Assembly: GCF_036321535.1 (NCBI RefSeq)
Contig: NC_087462.1
Location: forward strand, 17,608,001 to 17,672,000
Direction of reading: 5' to 3'
Length of the DNA: 64,000 bases
DNA from: Camelus dromedarius
Taxonomy: Eukaryota
Part shown: positions 12,290 through 23,530 of the stretch, one piece after another
Numbering within the stretch: position 1 is the first letter of the stretch
Layout of the letters: every line of letters starts with the position of its first letter
Made by a program: the position numbers and the translations under genes
The notes under the pieces: model-generated
The model's database searches: none
The model's input: only the letters and a program-made list of their open reading frames with translations
Told to the model about the DNA's origin: nothing

Positions 12290-12600
12290 AGATTTTAAAA
12301 GTCACCCGGTCATGGGAAAATATTAGGAACAATTTCACTGGACTCAGTGATGGAATACTTTGAAAATTATAATTTGATCAGAGACATCCGATGTGGGTTT
12401 ATGTAAGGAAGAGTTTAATACCTAGCCTGTTGGAAGTAAGTTTCCTCGATAAATTGCTACCACGAAAGATAAGAGACAGGCAGATATTTACATGCACTTC
12501 CGGAAAGCCTGGGGCACAGTCTCATGTGCTATTGGCCAATAAGATGTATGAGGGGAGATCAGGAGGCTGCTGAACGCACAGTCCCCAAAACGATCTCATT
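12290..12600 (+). mobile_element. L3/CR1 LINE fossil with reverse-transcriptase domain remnants
   Basis: From 12308 translates GHGKILGTISLDSVMEYFENYNLIRDIRCGFM*, and from 12483 DIYMHFRKAWGTVS. These align by eye to CR1 RT motifs PGKILE..I...I.EHLE....I..SQHGF and DVIYLDFSKAFDTVSH, with stops and frameshifts. Confidence 0.8.
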
Positions 12601-14929
12601 CTGTGTTTCAGACTGAACTAAAGGTAAGAAGCCAGGTGAACTGAGTGAACTTTCCTTTTTATAAATAAAGCAAAAGCTGAAAAAAAAAAGGTAAAAGCCA
12701 GTTCAAGCAGTCAACCTTTGAGACTTCTGGTCAACTGGTGGCATTTGTTTCTAATCTTTTGGCACAAAATGTAACGGAGGCAAAGATGTAACATAAACTA
12801 GGATGGACATCGAAGGAGGAACAGTCAACTCATGTTTCGGGGAGCCAAGCCACCTGGAGATGAGCAAAGAGGAACCTTGTTACCGTAAGGCAGTCTGTTC
12901 TTCGCACATCACACACCACAAAGCACAGTTCCTGACGTCCAGCATAAATTCTCAATACATTTCTAGTGGAGAAGGTTTTAAAGGCTAGGTATCACTGATG
13001 GGTCCAAAAAAAAAGGCCTGGAGATGGCCACCAGGCTCAGAGCCAGGACTAGGGTGAGGCTGGTGGAGGGACCAGGACTCTATTCAAGGAGGCTGCCTGC
13101 TCACAGGGGCCAACCCTCCACTTACACGTCCCTGAGCGGGCACCTCCTTCCATGGCGTGCCCTGAACCCCACGCTTATCTCACCAGAGTCCAGGCTCCTC
13201 ATCTTTTGTTTTCTGGACAACTGAGCCTAAATGGATCACGTTCAAAGAAGAGAAACGGTGTTTTCCTTCATTTAGAGTTTTGTGAAAGAGACAAATCTTA
13301 CCATGATAAATATGTATACTGAAGGTAAAATGGTAAGAACAAAAATTAAGACATAAGCTTATTCTCATTAACATTTAGGTGGTAAGTCACACGTTACGTA
13401 GGTGTGAGACTATGCTAGCTTTAACACGGAGAGATACCACAGCACCTTCAGTAAGGCTAAAACAGGAAGACAAAGTCTGAGACCCTGATCGCTGAGAAGC
13501 AAACTCGGTTAGGGCGTTCCTCTGTTTACCCTAGAGCATGAACTTGAGACAGCTACAAAATACCAAATTACGTCATCCATTCTCATCAGTCCCAAAACAC
13601 AGAACTGTGACTTGCACTGCCTTTTGACCGGTATTAAGTTAGTTCAGGGAAATGTGATGAGTTCTGCCTATTCAAGCGTGGGTCCCTCCCGGCAAAGCTC
13701 ACGTCGGTCACCCGACATGGGCAGCGTGCCAAGAGCAGTCCAGCGCACCCGAGCTGCAAATTGCTGTGACACGGCTACTCTGAGCACAGACAGGGTTCCT
13801 CTCCAGCAGTTACCGGCCATGTGCCCTAACAGCTCACTGTGTTTCTGAGGGCAAGTCTGCCACTCGATTCTGAGTTGGTGCTTCTGGTTTCCAGGCAAAT
13901 AGCTCAGCAACCCCCACTGGAACGTACCGTGCTGTGCCCACCGTCCCACCTGTGAGCTCAGCCCGGCCCTCTCGCTGTCTCCCCTTGCCCTGCTTAGCTG
14001 GGGAAACAAGACCTGCCTGCTAAGTCACCCAATGCTCTGAACGGAGCATCTCAGCAAGGGCAGATCCCAAACAGCATATGGTTCCCTTATCGGGCCAGAG
14101 CCTAGGTGCTCGTAATGTGCAGAAGTGCCCGAAGAGATGCTGTATTGATTATGAGATACAATTGTGAATTTTATTACCTTCTGGGAACAAATAGGAAACA
14201 TAAAAGCAAGAGTTCTGTGCCAGATGTAAGAACTAAAAGCCACGGTTATCTGATTAGCATTAGAGACATGTGCTTTGAATGCGAAACACTTGTAAGTCTC
14301 CCCAGGTGAGCTCTCGATCTTATCTGCGCCATTTATGTCAGACTTTTATATGCCTGCTCTTCTCAAATGGGACCCAGATGAAATTCAATCTTTTGCCTGC
14401 AAGAGACGGAGGCGTTCAGTGGATTTCTTTATTTTAAAGCCAGGGTGTTTTTTCCTTTTTTCTTTTTTATAACAGAAAGACAAAACTTGGGGAACTGGCT
14501 TGGAATCACCGGGAAGTATGAGACAGGAAGGTGCTGCCTCTCTCTGCCCGTGTCACCAGGAGACAGTTACCCAGGTCTGCTCCTCTTTAAACTGTCAGTT
14601 CTGATGGCTGAAGCTGTCTACTGATTCTACGTATTAAACCTGACAGGGAGAGAACCTCCCAGTCGCCACCACTGCCCAGACCTTAAATGCATTTGTTTAT
14701 ATGTAGTTTGATTTCTTCAAATCCACCTCTGGGGGCTCTAAATGTCCCCAGTGCCTAAACCTTTTCTTCCTGAAGAGCGCTGTTTTTTGGGGGGGCGGTT
14801 CCGGGAGGAGTTAGATCATGGTGTTCTTTCAAGACTCTCAAATTTTAACAGCATCAACTTTGTTGTTGTTTTTTGTTTTTTTTTAAATGATGATACTCTG
14901 TGAAAGTGAGGATGGGGAGAGACAGATGC

Positions 14930-15450
14930 TTGCATTCACTTCTGGAAGGAATATAAACCGCTAATGCCTTTCAGTTGGGCAATTTGGCAATATATCTCCA
15001 AAGCTCTTAATGTGTGCATAACCTTTTATTTAGCAAGTCTACTTGTAAGGAAATGTCTGACAAAGGTACCAAAAAATGACATGCATGGATGGGGCTGATC
15101 ACTTTTGATGATGGGAAAAACTGGAAACCATCTAAATGTCCCAACTGGAGGAGCTGGATGTCAGGGCCCACCACTGTGATGGGAGACCCACAGCCATTTA
15201 ATGGGAGGATGTGATTCATAAACATAGACAAATGCTCTGTACGTATTTTAAGTGAAAAGGGAGGTTTGCAAAGAGTATGCAGAGTGCAATGTAATAAATA
15301 TAAATGTGCGTGTGCATGTGTAAGGAAGAATGTCTGGGGGGGAAATTGCATCAACAAGTTAATAGTCATTATGTATTAACTATTTTTATTTTTTGGCGTC
15401 TGCAATTTTTCTACAGTGAATATGTAACACTTGTGTAATAACTAAAAAAC
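14930..15450 (+). mobile_element. Ancient L1M (L1ME-like) 3' fragment
   Basis: GGGCAATTTGGCAATATATC...AAAACTGGAAACCATCTAAATGTCCC...TTTTCTACAGTGAATATGTAACACTTGTGTAAT. Confidence 0.75.
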
Positions 15451-15879
15451 TCCTCGCATTCCTCTGGCACCCCCATTTTCAAGCTTTGAGGGTTTTTTCG
15501 CGACCTTAGCTGCACCTGTCTGTCTCAGAGCTCTGCTGTGGCAGCATGTGACGTGGTCAGCCTTCCTCTGCAGGAACGGTAGCGCGTTTGCTTCCGATCA
15601 CGGCCAAGCTGGTGGAAACGATGAGGTGTGCACACTCAGACCCTCTCGCACCTCCTGCTAGCATCTCCGTGCTGCCACCAGATTCTCTTCCCAAGCCCCA
15701 CTCACCTGCTCTGGCAGGTGTTCAAATTCCTTCCTCACTGCACTCCCTGAGCCTTGGAAACGAGAGTGGGTTTTTCAGATTCCTCACCCCTCTCCTCCCT
15801 GAACATAAAGATAAAGAATTATTTATGTCTCCCCACCCGTTTCAATACGGCATTCTTTCTCTCCCAGCCTATCTCCTCC

Positions 15880-16080
15880 TCTGCTTCCCCCGGTCAGCGG
15901 AGCCGGGGGTGCGGCTCACCCCCCTCGTTATCGGCAAGCTTTCGCGCTCTCTGCTTCCCCCGGTGCCCTTGCGCCGCCGGTCCTCTTCTGGTGTCTCTCT
16001 ACACAACATGTAAATCTTCCTCTTTGCCTCTCCCTGTTATCCTGGAATTTCAAACTCTTCTCTTTCCAAATATGGCTGGG
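15880..16080 (-). promoter_or_regulatory. Small CpG-dense patch with an adjacent CArG box; candidate promoter or enhancer
   Basis: About 12 CpG in about 95 bp (15885-15980); CCAAATATGG at 16066-16075. Confidence 0.35.
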
Positions 16081-16509
16081 ATGGGAGCTCTCGTCTCCAC
16101 ACTTGGACAGCAGCAGAATCCTATGCCTGTCATCACCCTGGCAGACACCGTCCTTCACTGCCAGCGATGTCAACAGCATCACTGGAAAACTGGAAGGTAT
16201 CTTTGTTCGTGGCTCTGCCGGGTGCATTACAAAGGAAATTTTCCTGCATACCTAATTGTGTACTCTTTTGAAGCACTTGTCTTCAAGGAGCATAAAATCT
16301 CACTGGGGAGATACGACATAAAACTTAACTTGCCCCTCTGTAGCAATCCAGCTCCCACCTCACTTGTCAACCCAAACTGCTTTTCAAAAGTTAGAGTAAC
16401 GTCTATGTTTACCAAAATAGCTCCTGCTTCAGTGTCTTGGCTACATACCTCTGCAGGCCTTTGCCCTACTGACCATGATCTCCTACACGAAACTCAGGAA
16501 ATTTAGAGG

Positions 16510-16640
16510 CTTTGACTCAGACAGACTTAGGTTTGTCTCAGCTCTGACTCATCCTCATGGTGTGACCTCGGGCAAGTCACTCTCCTTCTCTGATCTTCAT
16601 CTATAAAATGATGATGATAATGTTTATTGGGCACTGATAT
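16510..16640 (+). mobile_element. MIR SINE
   Basis: CAGACAGACTTAGGTTTG...GTGTGACCTCGGGCAAGTCACT...CTTCATCTATAAAATGATGATGATAAT. Confidence 0.85.
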
Positions 16641-17599
16641 TTTTAGAAGCGGAAGAAAGCCTCGTGAGAGTCTCTAACTGAGGCTTTGCTTTCTTGGTCT
16701 AGAGAACTTTGATTCAGGAAAAAACAAAAAAATCCGGAGCACATTTTCTTTTCAAGAGACATCAGACTTGAACTAATAACAATAATGGTTAATCATTGTG
16801 ATGCAGACTCATTGTCCTCTTAACCAGCAGAGAAAACAAAGTCATCTGAGCCATAAATTGAAAGAATTGTTGTGGTGGTTTCATGTTTTGGTTTATCTTA
16901 CCCCCCTGAGCTGGTTCTTCTGTTTTCTCTTTAAATAGACACAGTGGAAGCAGTGGAATGAGCTCGACCTGCATGCAGACAAGCAGGGAGTCAGCTTAGG
17001 TTGTGATGAATAAATTACACAGAGAGTTGTGGCTTTAATTTTCTCCTCAGTTGACATGTTGTACCTTGAGCGGCCGGCTGCCCAGGTGCCAGTGTTTAAC
17101 TGGACAAAAATAGCAGAGCTGCCCTGCACACTGAGGTCGCAGGCGGGTGTGTTGTTGGCTTCTCTGTTACCCTCAGTAGCGGGGATTTGTCGATTTGTTG
17201 CATTTTTCTCCTGTTCAGGAAGACAACCCCTCTCCTTGTCTCAGGTCATCCTGAACACAGCCATCCGGCCACCCTCAAGGAAAGCAGCCGGTGCGGCTGC
17301 CCGGCTCCACCTGGCTGACAGGCTCAAACACATCTAGATGGTCTCCTGACAAGTCAGGAGATGACAGCTTGATTAATGGGAAGGAGACTCCCCGAATGTA
17401 TCTGCGACAGGTGCAGTTTCCATGAACTGGCTTTTCTTCCCTGTAGTGGCCCCAGCTCCTGGAGACGAGGACGGGAATGCTGAGCTCACATGCCCTCTGA
17501 GGTCCTCAAAACAACACTTCTCATTGTGATGGAAGATTAGTAACACCCTAATTCTTCCTCACCATCCTACCCTTTAAAAACAAGCCTCCCCAAACCCCC

Positions 17600-17731
17600 N
17601 NNNNNNNNNNNNNNNNNNNNNNNNNNNNNNNNNNNNNNNNNNNNNNNNNNNNNNNNNNNNNNNNNNNNNNNNNNNNNNNNNNNNNNNNNNNNNNNNNNNN
17701 NNNNNNNNNNNNNNNNNNNNNNNNNNNNNNN
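17600..17731. other. Assembly gap (132 N)
   Basis: N run at the visible 5' edge of an L1. Confidence 0.99.
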
Positions 17732-18563
17732 CTGGTCAGAATGGCCATCATTAAAACGTCCACAAACGGTAAATGCTGGAGACGGTGAAGTAAAGGGGAC
17801 CCTCTTACACTGTTGCTGGGAATATAATTTGGTGCAGCCACTATGGAGAACAGTATGGAGGTTCTTTTAAAAACCAGAGTCACCATATGATTCAGCAATC
17901 CTGTTCCTGGCATATATCTGGAGAAAATTCTAATTTGAAAAGATATGTGCACCCCAGTGTTCACAGAAGCACTATTTACAATAGCCAAGATGTGGAAGCA
18001 ACCTAAATGTTCCTGGACAGATGAATGGNNNNNNNNNNNNNNNNNNNNNNNNNNNNNNNNNNNNNNNNNNNNNNNNNNNNNNNNNNNNNNNNNNNNNNNN
18101 NNNNNNNNNNNNNNNNNNNNNNNNNNNNNNNNNNNNNNNNNNNNNNNNNNNNNNNNNNNNNNNNNNNNNNNNNNNNNNNNNNNNNNNNNNNNNNNAGTCA
18201 GAGAAAGACAAATATCACATGATATCACTTATATGTGGAATCTTCAAAAAGGACACAGATGAATTTATTTATGAAACAGAAAGAGACTCACAGACAGAGA
18301 AAACAAACTTATGGTTACTGAAGGGGAAATGAGGGAGATACATTAGGAGTTTGGGATTAGCAAATACACACTACTATATACAAAAGAGACAAACAACAGG
18401 GTCCTACTGCATAGCACAGGGAACTACATTCAGTATCTTGTAATAACCTACAATGAAAAAGAACATGAAAAAGAAGATATATGTATAACTGAAGATGTAT
18501 GTATAACTATGCTATACACCAGAAATTAACAAAACATTGTCAATCAATCAATCAATCAATCAA
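17732..18563 (+). mobile_element. L1 LINE 3' part: ORF2 C-terminal remnant, 3' UTR and (TCAA)6 tail
   Basis: Translates [16 protein letters not shown] and CTPVFTEALFTIAKMWKQPKCSWTDEW (L1 ORF2 C-terminus). 3' UTR includes CAACAGGGTCCTACTGCATAGCACAGGGAACTAC; tail (TCAA)6 at 18540-18563. Confidence 0.95.
18029..18195. other. Assembly gap (167 N)
   Basis: N run within the L1. Confidence 0.99.
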
Positions 18564-18834
18564 GTCACTCTGTTGAGGGGAAAAAATCCCAGAAGAAAAA
18601 CAGACTCTTCTGAACAGAACTGCGTAAGAAAGCCCAGGAGCAGAATCTTCGCAGAGTCCAGCGCTAGGCTGACTTCTGTCCACGAATTACACTGCTTACA
18701 GCTGTCCCTGCAGGTCAGAACATGTGTTCATGGGTTATCTCAAACTCATTCTGGCACCCTCACCTATTAATTTTTATGCAGTTTCTTACTCCTACCCCTG
18801 AATCAAAAGTATCCTCTTCTTATAATAATTAAAA

Positions 18835-18935
18835 GCCAGTTGTCACCACTTCACTACTTCCTGTGACCTTGGGAAGCTGACAATCACTTCTCCAGGCCTC
18901 AGTTTCCTCATGGGCAAAATGAGGAGTCGTTTACA
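18835..18935 (+). mobile_element. MIR SINE fragment
   Basis: CCTGTGACCTTGGGAAG...GGCCTCAGTTTCCTCATGGGCAAAATGAGG. Confidence 0.75.
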
Positions 18936-19929
18936 CAGCAAATGTTCACTGAGTCCGTATTCGGGGCCAGGCATTTTCTAGCCTTTACACTTCTGGTGGT
19001 GAATCCTAGCCAAACCAACCCCTCGCATTAGAAGGGCTTGTGTGCCTGTGGATAATTACAGGACCCCCCTCCTGCATTCATTCGCCCACTGATGACTAAA
19101 CTTCTTCTAGAGGCTAGACATTACTCTCGAGGCTGGTGAGTCCACAGTTAAAAAGGCAAGTTTCCTGCTTTCATAGAGCTTGTGTTTGCACAGAAACCCC
19201 TCGGGGACTGACTGAGCTAAAGTAGGGAGAGCTGCCCCACCAGCACAGGTGTGTTGTCAGTGTGCACGGTCTGGTGACCCTTGCTCTGATCAGCAGCATC
19301 TTTGTCACTGCCATGGGGGACTCACCTGTGATCACAGAGCTGTTGTCCCCATCATGGTTTGGATACAGGGCTCTCTCCGCCTCAGACTCTGGTGAGGTCG
19401 GGCGAGTCTAGCCTGTGAGTTGCCAGGTAGTTGCAAGCACTGTTGCACTGAGTTGCAGGGACCAGAGAGTCACTTCCTCCGTGCCCCTGTCTCATGCAAG
19501 CCAACACAGACTGGAGTTTTTCTTTTCCTTGACAGCCCTGCCCCTTCCCACCCCTAACCTAGGACCACAGGCTTTGTAACTGCACCTCATGGTCAAAGTT
19601 AAACTTTAGCATTCATAGTTCCTGCTTCTCAGGATATCTGTTTGCAATCACTGAGAAGTTTTCTTTTGAATAAAAAGTGTTCAATAAATACCTGTGGAAA
19701 CGCATGCATGGGAAAGGTGTTCAGACGTTCACAGCAAGAAAGCAGAAAACCAGGGTATCCCAGAGCCCTCTGCCCCTAGAAAGGTCTGCTCTTAAGCTCT
19801 TCTTTGCCCTGTGGGGTATCTCCAGAGAGGCCCCTTCCCCCTTCCCTTTTACCTTCCCTCTCTCTAGCATCTTCCAAGGGCAAGGCACAGTCGTAGGTTC
19901 CAGGGCTATCTCAGGAAATGAGAGAACTG

Positions 19930-20460
19930 AATCCCTGCCCTCCTGGACTTACGTTATAGTTAGGGACACAGCGAGCATGTCCGCCTGCATATAAATAACC
20001 TGCAGAAAATAACTGCAGAGTAAGATAAGTGCTACACAGGAAATAATCCGTGATGAGGCAGAAAGGAGGCCATGTTAGACGGGCTGCCACGAAGTCTTCC
20101 CGAAGAGGTACTGACTCTGGAGCTGAGACCCGAAGTTTGAGAAGGATCTGGCGATGAGAAGACCTTAGAGGACATTCTCGGCAGAGGAAGGCGCAGTTGT
20201 CCTCTCAGGGGCTTGGAGGAAGGGTAAGCAAGAGGCACAGAATGGTCCAGGAAGAGGCTGGGTGGGGACGGAGGAGCCAGGGCGCACATGACCTTGAGGG
20301 ACCAGGCGAGGACTTTGATCCAACCTGGCTGGCTGGCTGGACTGGTTGCGGACAAAGTGGGGGGAGCAATCAGAGCACGAAGAATGACTCCAAGGTTTTT
20401 GCCTGGAGCAACCGGGTGGATTATGATGGAGCCTTTTCCCAGGTGAGGATGCCCTAGATC
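19930..20460 (-). mobile_element. L2 LINE fragment
   Basis: CCCTGCCCTCCTGGACTTAC...GATAAGTGCTACACAGGAAAT...GAGCTGAGACCCGAAG...AAGAATGACTCCAAGGTTTTTGCCTGGAGCAACCGGGTGGAT. Confidence 0.85.
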
Positions 20461-20469
20461 TCATGCTTA

Positions 20470-20670
20470 AATCTCCGTTTCCCTACCTGTTAGTAGAGTA
20501 CCTTCTGAAAAGGTACATCACCTCTCTGAGCCTTAGCTTCCTTGTCTGTACCAGTGGTATAAAAACCCTGCCCTTTAGGAATGACGTAGGGACTCAGCGA
20601 GAGGACCTCTGTGAAGCACCCAGTGCGGGACGTACTCATATGAGGTCCCCCGACCGCTGGTTGCCTTCCA
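20470..20670 (+). mobile_element. MIR SINE
   Basis: CACCTCTCTGAGCCTTAGCTTCCTTGTCTGTA...TGTGAAGCACCCAG. Confidence 0.65.
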
Positions 20671-21232
20671 CTCCCTCTTGGCTGCCTGCTGCAGACTCAT
20701 ACCTGAGTCGGCCTGCTTTCGCTCCGGGCGTGCTTGTGCGCTGGGTGTGAGCAGCATGCAGCATCTCACCCACACTCCGGGGCAGCTGTTGTCACTCTGC
20801 TGTCTCCTCCCATCCGCGGGGCCAAATGCATTCTTTCTCAAGTCCTCCCTTCCCCCTGAGCTGTGCCGCAAATATCCCCCACATGGATTTTTAAGTTCCC
20901 TTCTCCTCTCTAGGTGTAAGTTCCTGGTAAAAGCAGAGATTAAGAAGTGTTTGGCTGAGCCGAAAGGCTGGCAGTGACTGGGGCATATTTTCCTTAGATG
21001 ACCTTTGAAATTCTTTCCATCTTAAGGATGTCACGCTTCAGCTGAACATCCATTCTGGGTGTTGTCCTTGCAGAGCCCAAAGGAATGAGGGGACAGAGAC
21101 AGGTCCCTTCTGTCCTGTTTCCATGTCTGTCAAGGACATAATGACAGTTTTCTAACTGTTGGCTTCTGACTCGCGGGCAGAAGCAAAATCATCTAGAAAT
21201 AACCACCCCCCCCAACCTGTTTTTCACTGAAC

Positions 21233-21730
21233 ATTTTTAAACAGCATTATTGAGACACCATCCATATACCTTACAATTCACCCATTTAAAGCATGCACTT
21301 CAATAGCTTTTAGTATATTCACAAAAACGTGCAACCATCACCATAGTCAATTTACACAGTTTTCGTCACTTCAAAAAGAGCCTGTCTCTTACACCCCGCC
21401 CTTAGAAGCCACTCATCTACTATTTTTTCTCTGTAGATTTCCCCAATCTGCATTTTCATTTGAGCTAATCATATAGTACACAGTACTTCATGACTGGTTT
21501 CTCTCACTGAGCATACTGTTTTCAAGATTCATCCACGTGGCAGCGTGTGTCAGTACTTCATCACATGCTATGGCTGAATCATATTCCGTTGTATGGATGT
21601 ACCGTATTTTGTTCATCCATTTGTCCTTTATGGGCATTTGGATTGTTTCCGCTTTCTGGCTATTACGAATAATGCTGCTATAAACATCTGTGTATGGCAT
21701 TTTGCGTGGACATGTATTTTCATTTCTCTT
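21233..21730 (-). mobile_element. L1MB-like 3' fragment
   Basis: TTTATTGAG...CAATTCACCCATTTAAAG...GTTTTCAAGATTCATCCACGTGGCAGCGTGTGTCAGTACTTCAT...GGCTATTACGAATAATGCTGCTATAAACAT. Confidence 0.85.
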
Positions 21731-21784
21731 TAGAAAGAACTTTTGGAATCTTCTCTTTGAAAGCATTTTCCCACTGATAGGATG

Positions 21785-21935
21785 GTGATAACCATTATCA
21801 TAACAAGGAATACATATTGCATCATTAGCTGGTGTCAGGAACTGGGCTAAGTTTATCTCACTGAATCCTTATATGACTGGCTTGAGATGGTATTTTTTTA
21901 TTCCTATTTTATAGTCAAGAAACCTGAGGCTTTTC
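21785..21935 (-). mobile_element. MIR SINE fragment
   Basis: GTCAGGAACTGGGCTAAG...ATTCCTATTTTATAGTCAAGAAACCTGAGGC. Confidence 0.6.
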
Positions 21936-22945
21936 AAATCTAAATAACGTAAGAGGAAGTACATGCACTCTATAAAAAAATAACATACGAAGAAAGAGAA
22001 ATGCTGAGATATTATCTAGGTTTGTTTCTTTTTGTAGGAGAACCAAGTATAAAAGACATAGACTGATGTTGAAAAATATTTCTTCCAAAGGGTCACATTC
22101 CCTGTGCCACTTAAAACACCCCCTAATTCTACATTCACTCTTGCAGAAAAGTGATAATCATCACTTCATTTATCGTTTGCATCCAAAACCACCTCCCCGT
22201 TCTCTAATGACTTTGATATAGAAAAATATTGCTGCAAAGACTACAAAAATAAATATATGCCTCAACAGATACAGACTTTAGGTTTGTCCCAGAACCCTGA
22301 TAAAACAATGGGCCCTGTGGCTCAGTTTCCACATAGAGTTATAAGTCAAGGAGCAGCTGGGCAGTCACAGATGGTTAAAAGGAATTCTGGTATTTATTTG
22401 AATCTTTTAAGTTACACTTATTTGGAAGAAGACTTTTCAGACATCCTTTCTCCTGATCTCCACATGTCATGCGCATCCCTCATGGATGTTCTGCACGCTC
22501 TTACTTGCCACCACACCCCATCCCTCAGTCAGTCCTGCCATTTTACTGCCTCTCAGGCCCTGTCTTTCTACCCATTCTCCAGATTTCACATCATAAGATG
22601 TCCAGGAACTTGGTTGGTAAAGAGAACTTCCCTTTGGAGAGCAGGGGTCAGGGGAGGCAACAGGGAATGGTGGAGCAGAGAAAAGCAGGGGGACAGAGAA
22701 GGAGGGAACTATTGCATATAATTACATTTTCTTCCTACAACACATTCATTTTCCACTTTATTTTTTCATTAGTAAAAATGGGAAAATTCTGACTTGTTCA
22801 AGGTGTCCTACCTAGATCATCTGACTAATAGATTACCATGAAATGCAAATAGATACATAAAATGTACTGCGTACATGAACAGAAGAATAGTAAAATGAGT
22901 AATTTACCTAGTTTGACTAGAATGTAAATGGTTGACATTACACGC

Positions 22946-23398
22946 ATAGCTGATCTTCATTATTTGCAGATTCTATCTTTGTGAATTTGCTTACTTAGGA
23001 AAATTTATTTGAACCCCCCAAACCAATACTCGCCATGCTTTTACGTCATTTATGGACATGTGCAGACAGGCAAAAATTTTGAGTTGCCCAATATTATAGG
23101 TTCCCAGGTAAGGTCAAACAAGACCATGCTCTGCCTTCTAGTCTGAGGTCTGTTACAGAGATGGCCGGGGTGGACAGTCTGGGGGCAGGGCCTGGCAGTG
23201 CAAGGAGACTGGCTCTTAGGCCAGCTAGATGGGGTTTAATCCCAACTTTGGCATCTATTTAGTAGGGTGGCCTCGGGCAATCCACTTACTACTTCTGAAC
23301 TCTGTTTTTCCCTTTATAAAGTAGAGAAAGCAGTATCTACCAGAATGAGCTTTTTCTAGGAATTAAGGTGATGATTTATGTAAGGGGTGTGTGTGTGT

Positions 23399-23442
<44 letters not shown>

Positions 23443-23530
23443 CCCCCAGGAGCGATGGGTCAGCTCTCACTAACTCAGTGTTTAAGGTGACTTTATAGAT
23501 TATACGTATCATGAACAATGGAAACAACTG
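22946..23530 (-). mobile_element. MER82-like TcMar-Tigger DNA transposon with internal MIR-derived segment
   Basis: Left end TAGCTGATCTTCATTATTTGCAGATTCTATCTTTGTGAATTTGC; right end (rc) CAGTTGTTTCCATTGTTCATG...TCTATAAAGTCACC...CCATCGCTCCTGGGGGAA. Both match the recalled MER82 termini. Confidence 0.75.
23387..23440. repeat. (GT)8 CT (GT)18 microsatellite
   Basis: Directly visible. Confidence 0.97.

Noticed and set aside
15754-16506. Longest ORF in the track (250 aa, plus strand)
   Set aside because: S/L/P-rich, no recognisable domain, no coherent splice context, and overlapping ORFs in other frames; consistent with a chance ORF.
18029-18195. Possibility that N-runs hide novel content
   Set aside because: Flanks of this gap and of the 546-674 gap are collinear with L1 and MER58A consensus, with missing lengths of roughly 115-125 nt from recall, so these look like ordinary scaffold gaps within repeats. 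The gaps at 26919 and 55248 cannot be assessed.
17548-18332. Several long ORFs containing X runs
   Set aside because: Artefacts of N-gaps; the readable parts are L1 ORF2/3'-UTR remnants or their antisense. The same applies to ORFs over the other four gaps.
18473-18508. 18-bp tandem duplication in the L1 3' UTR
   Set aside because: Ordinary slippage in an AT-rich dead repeat.
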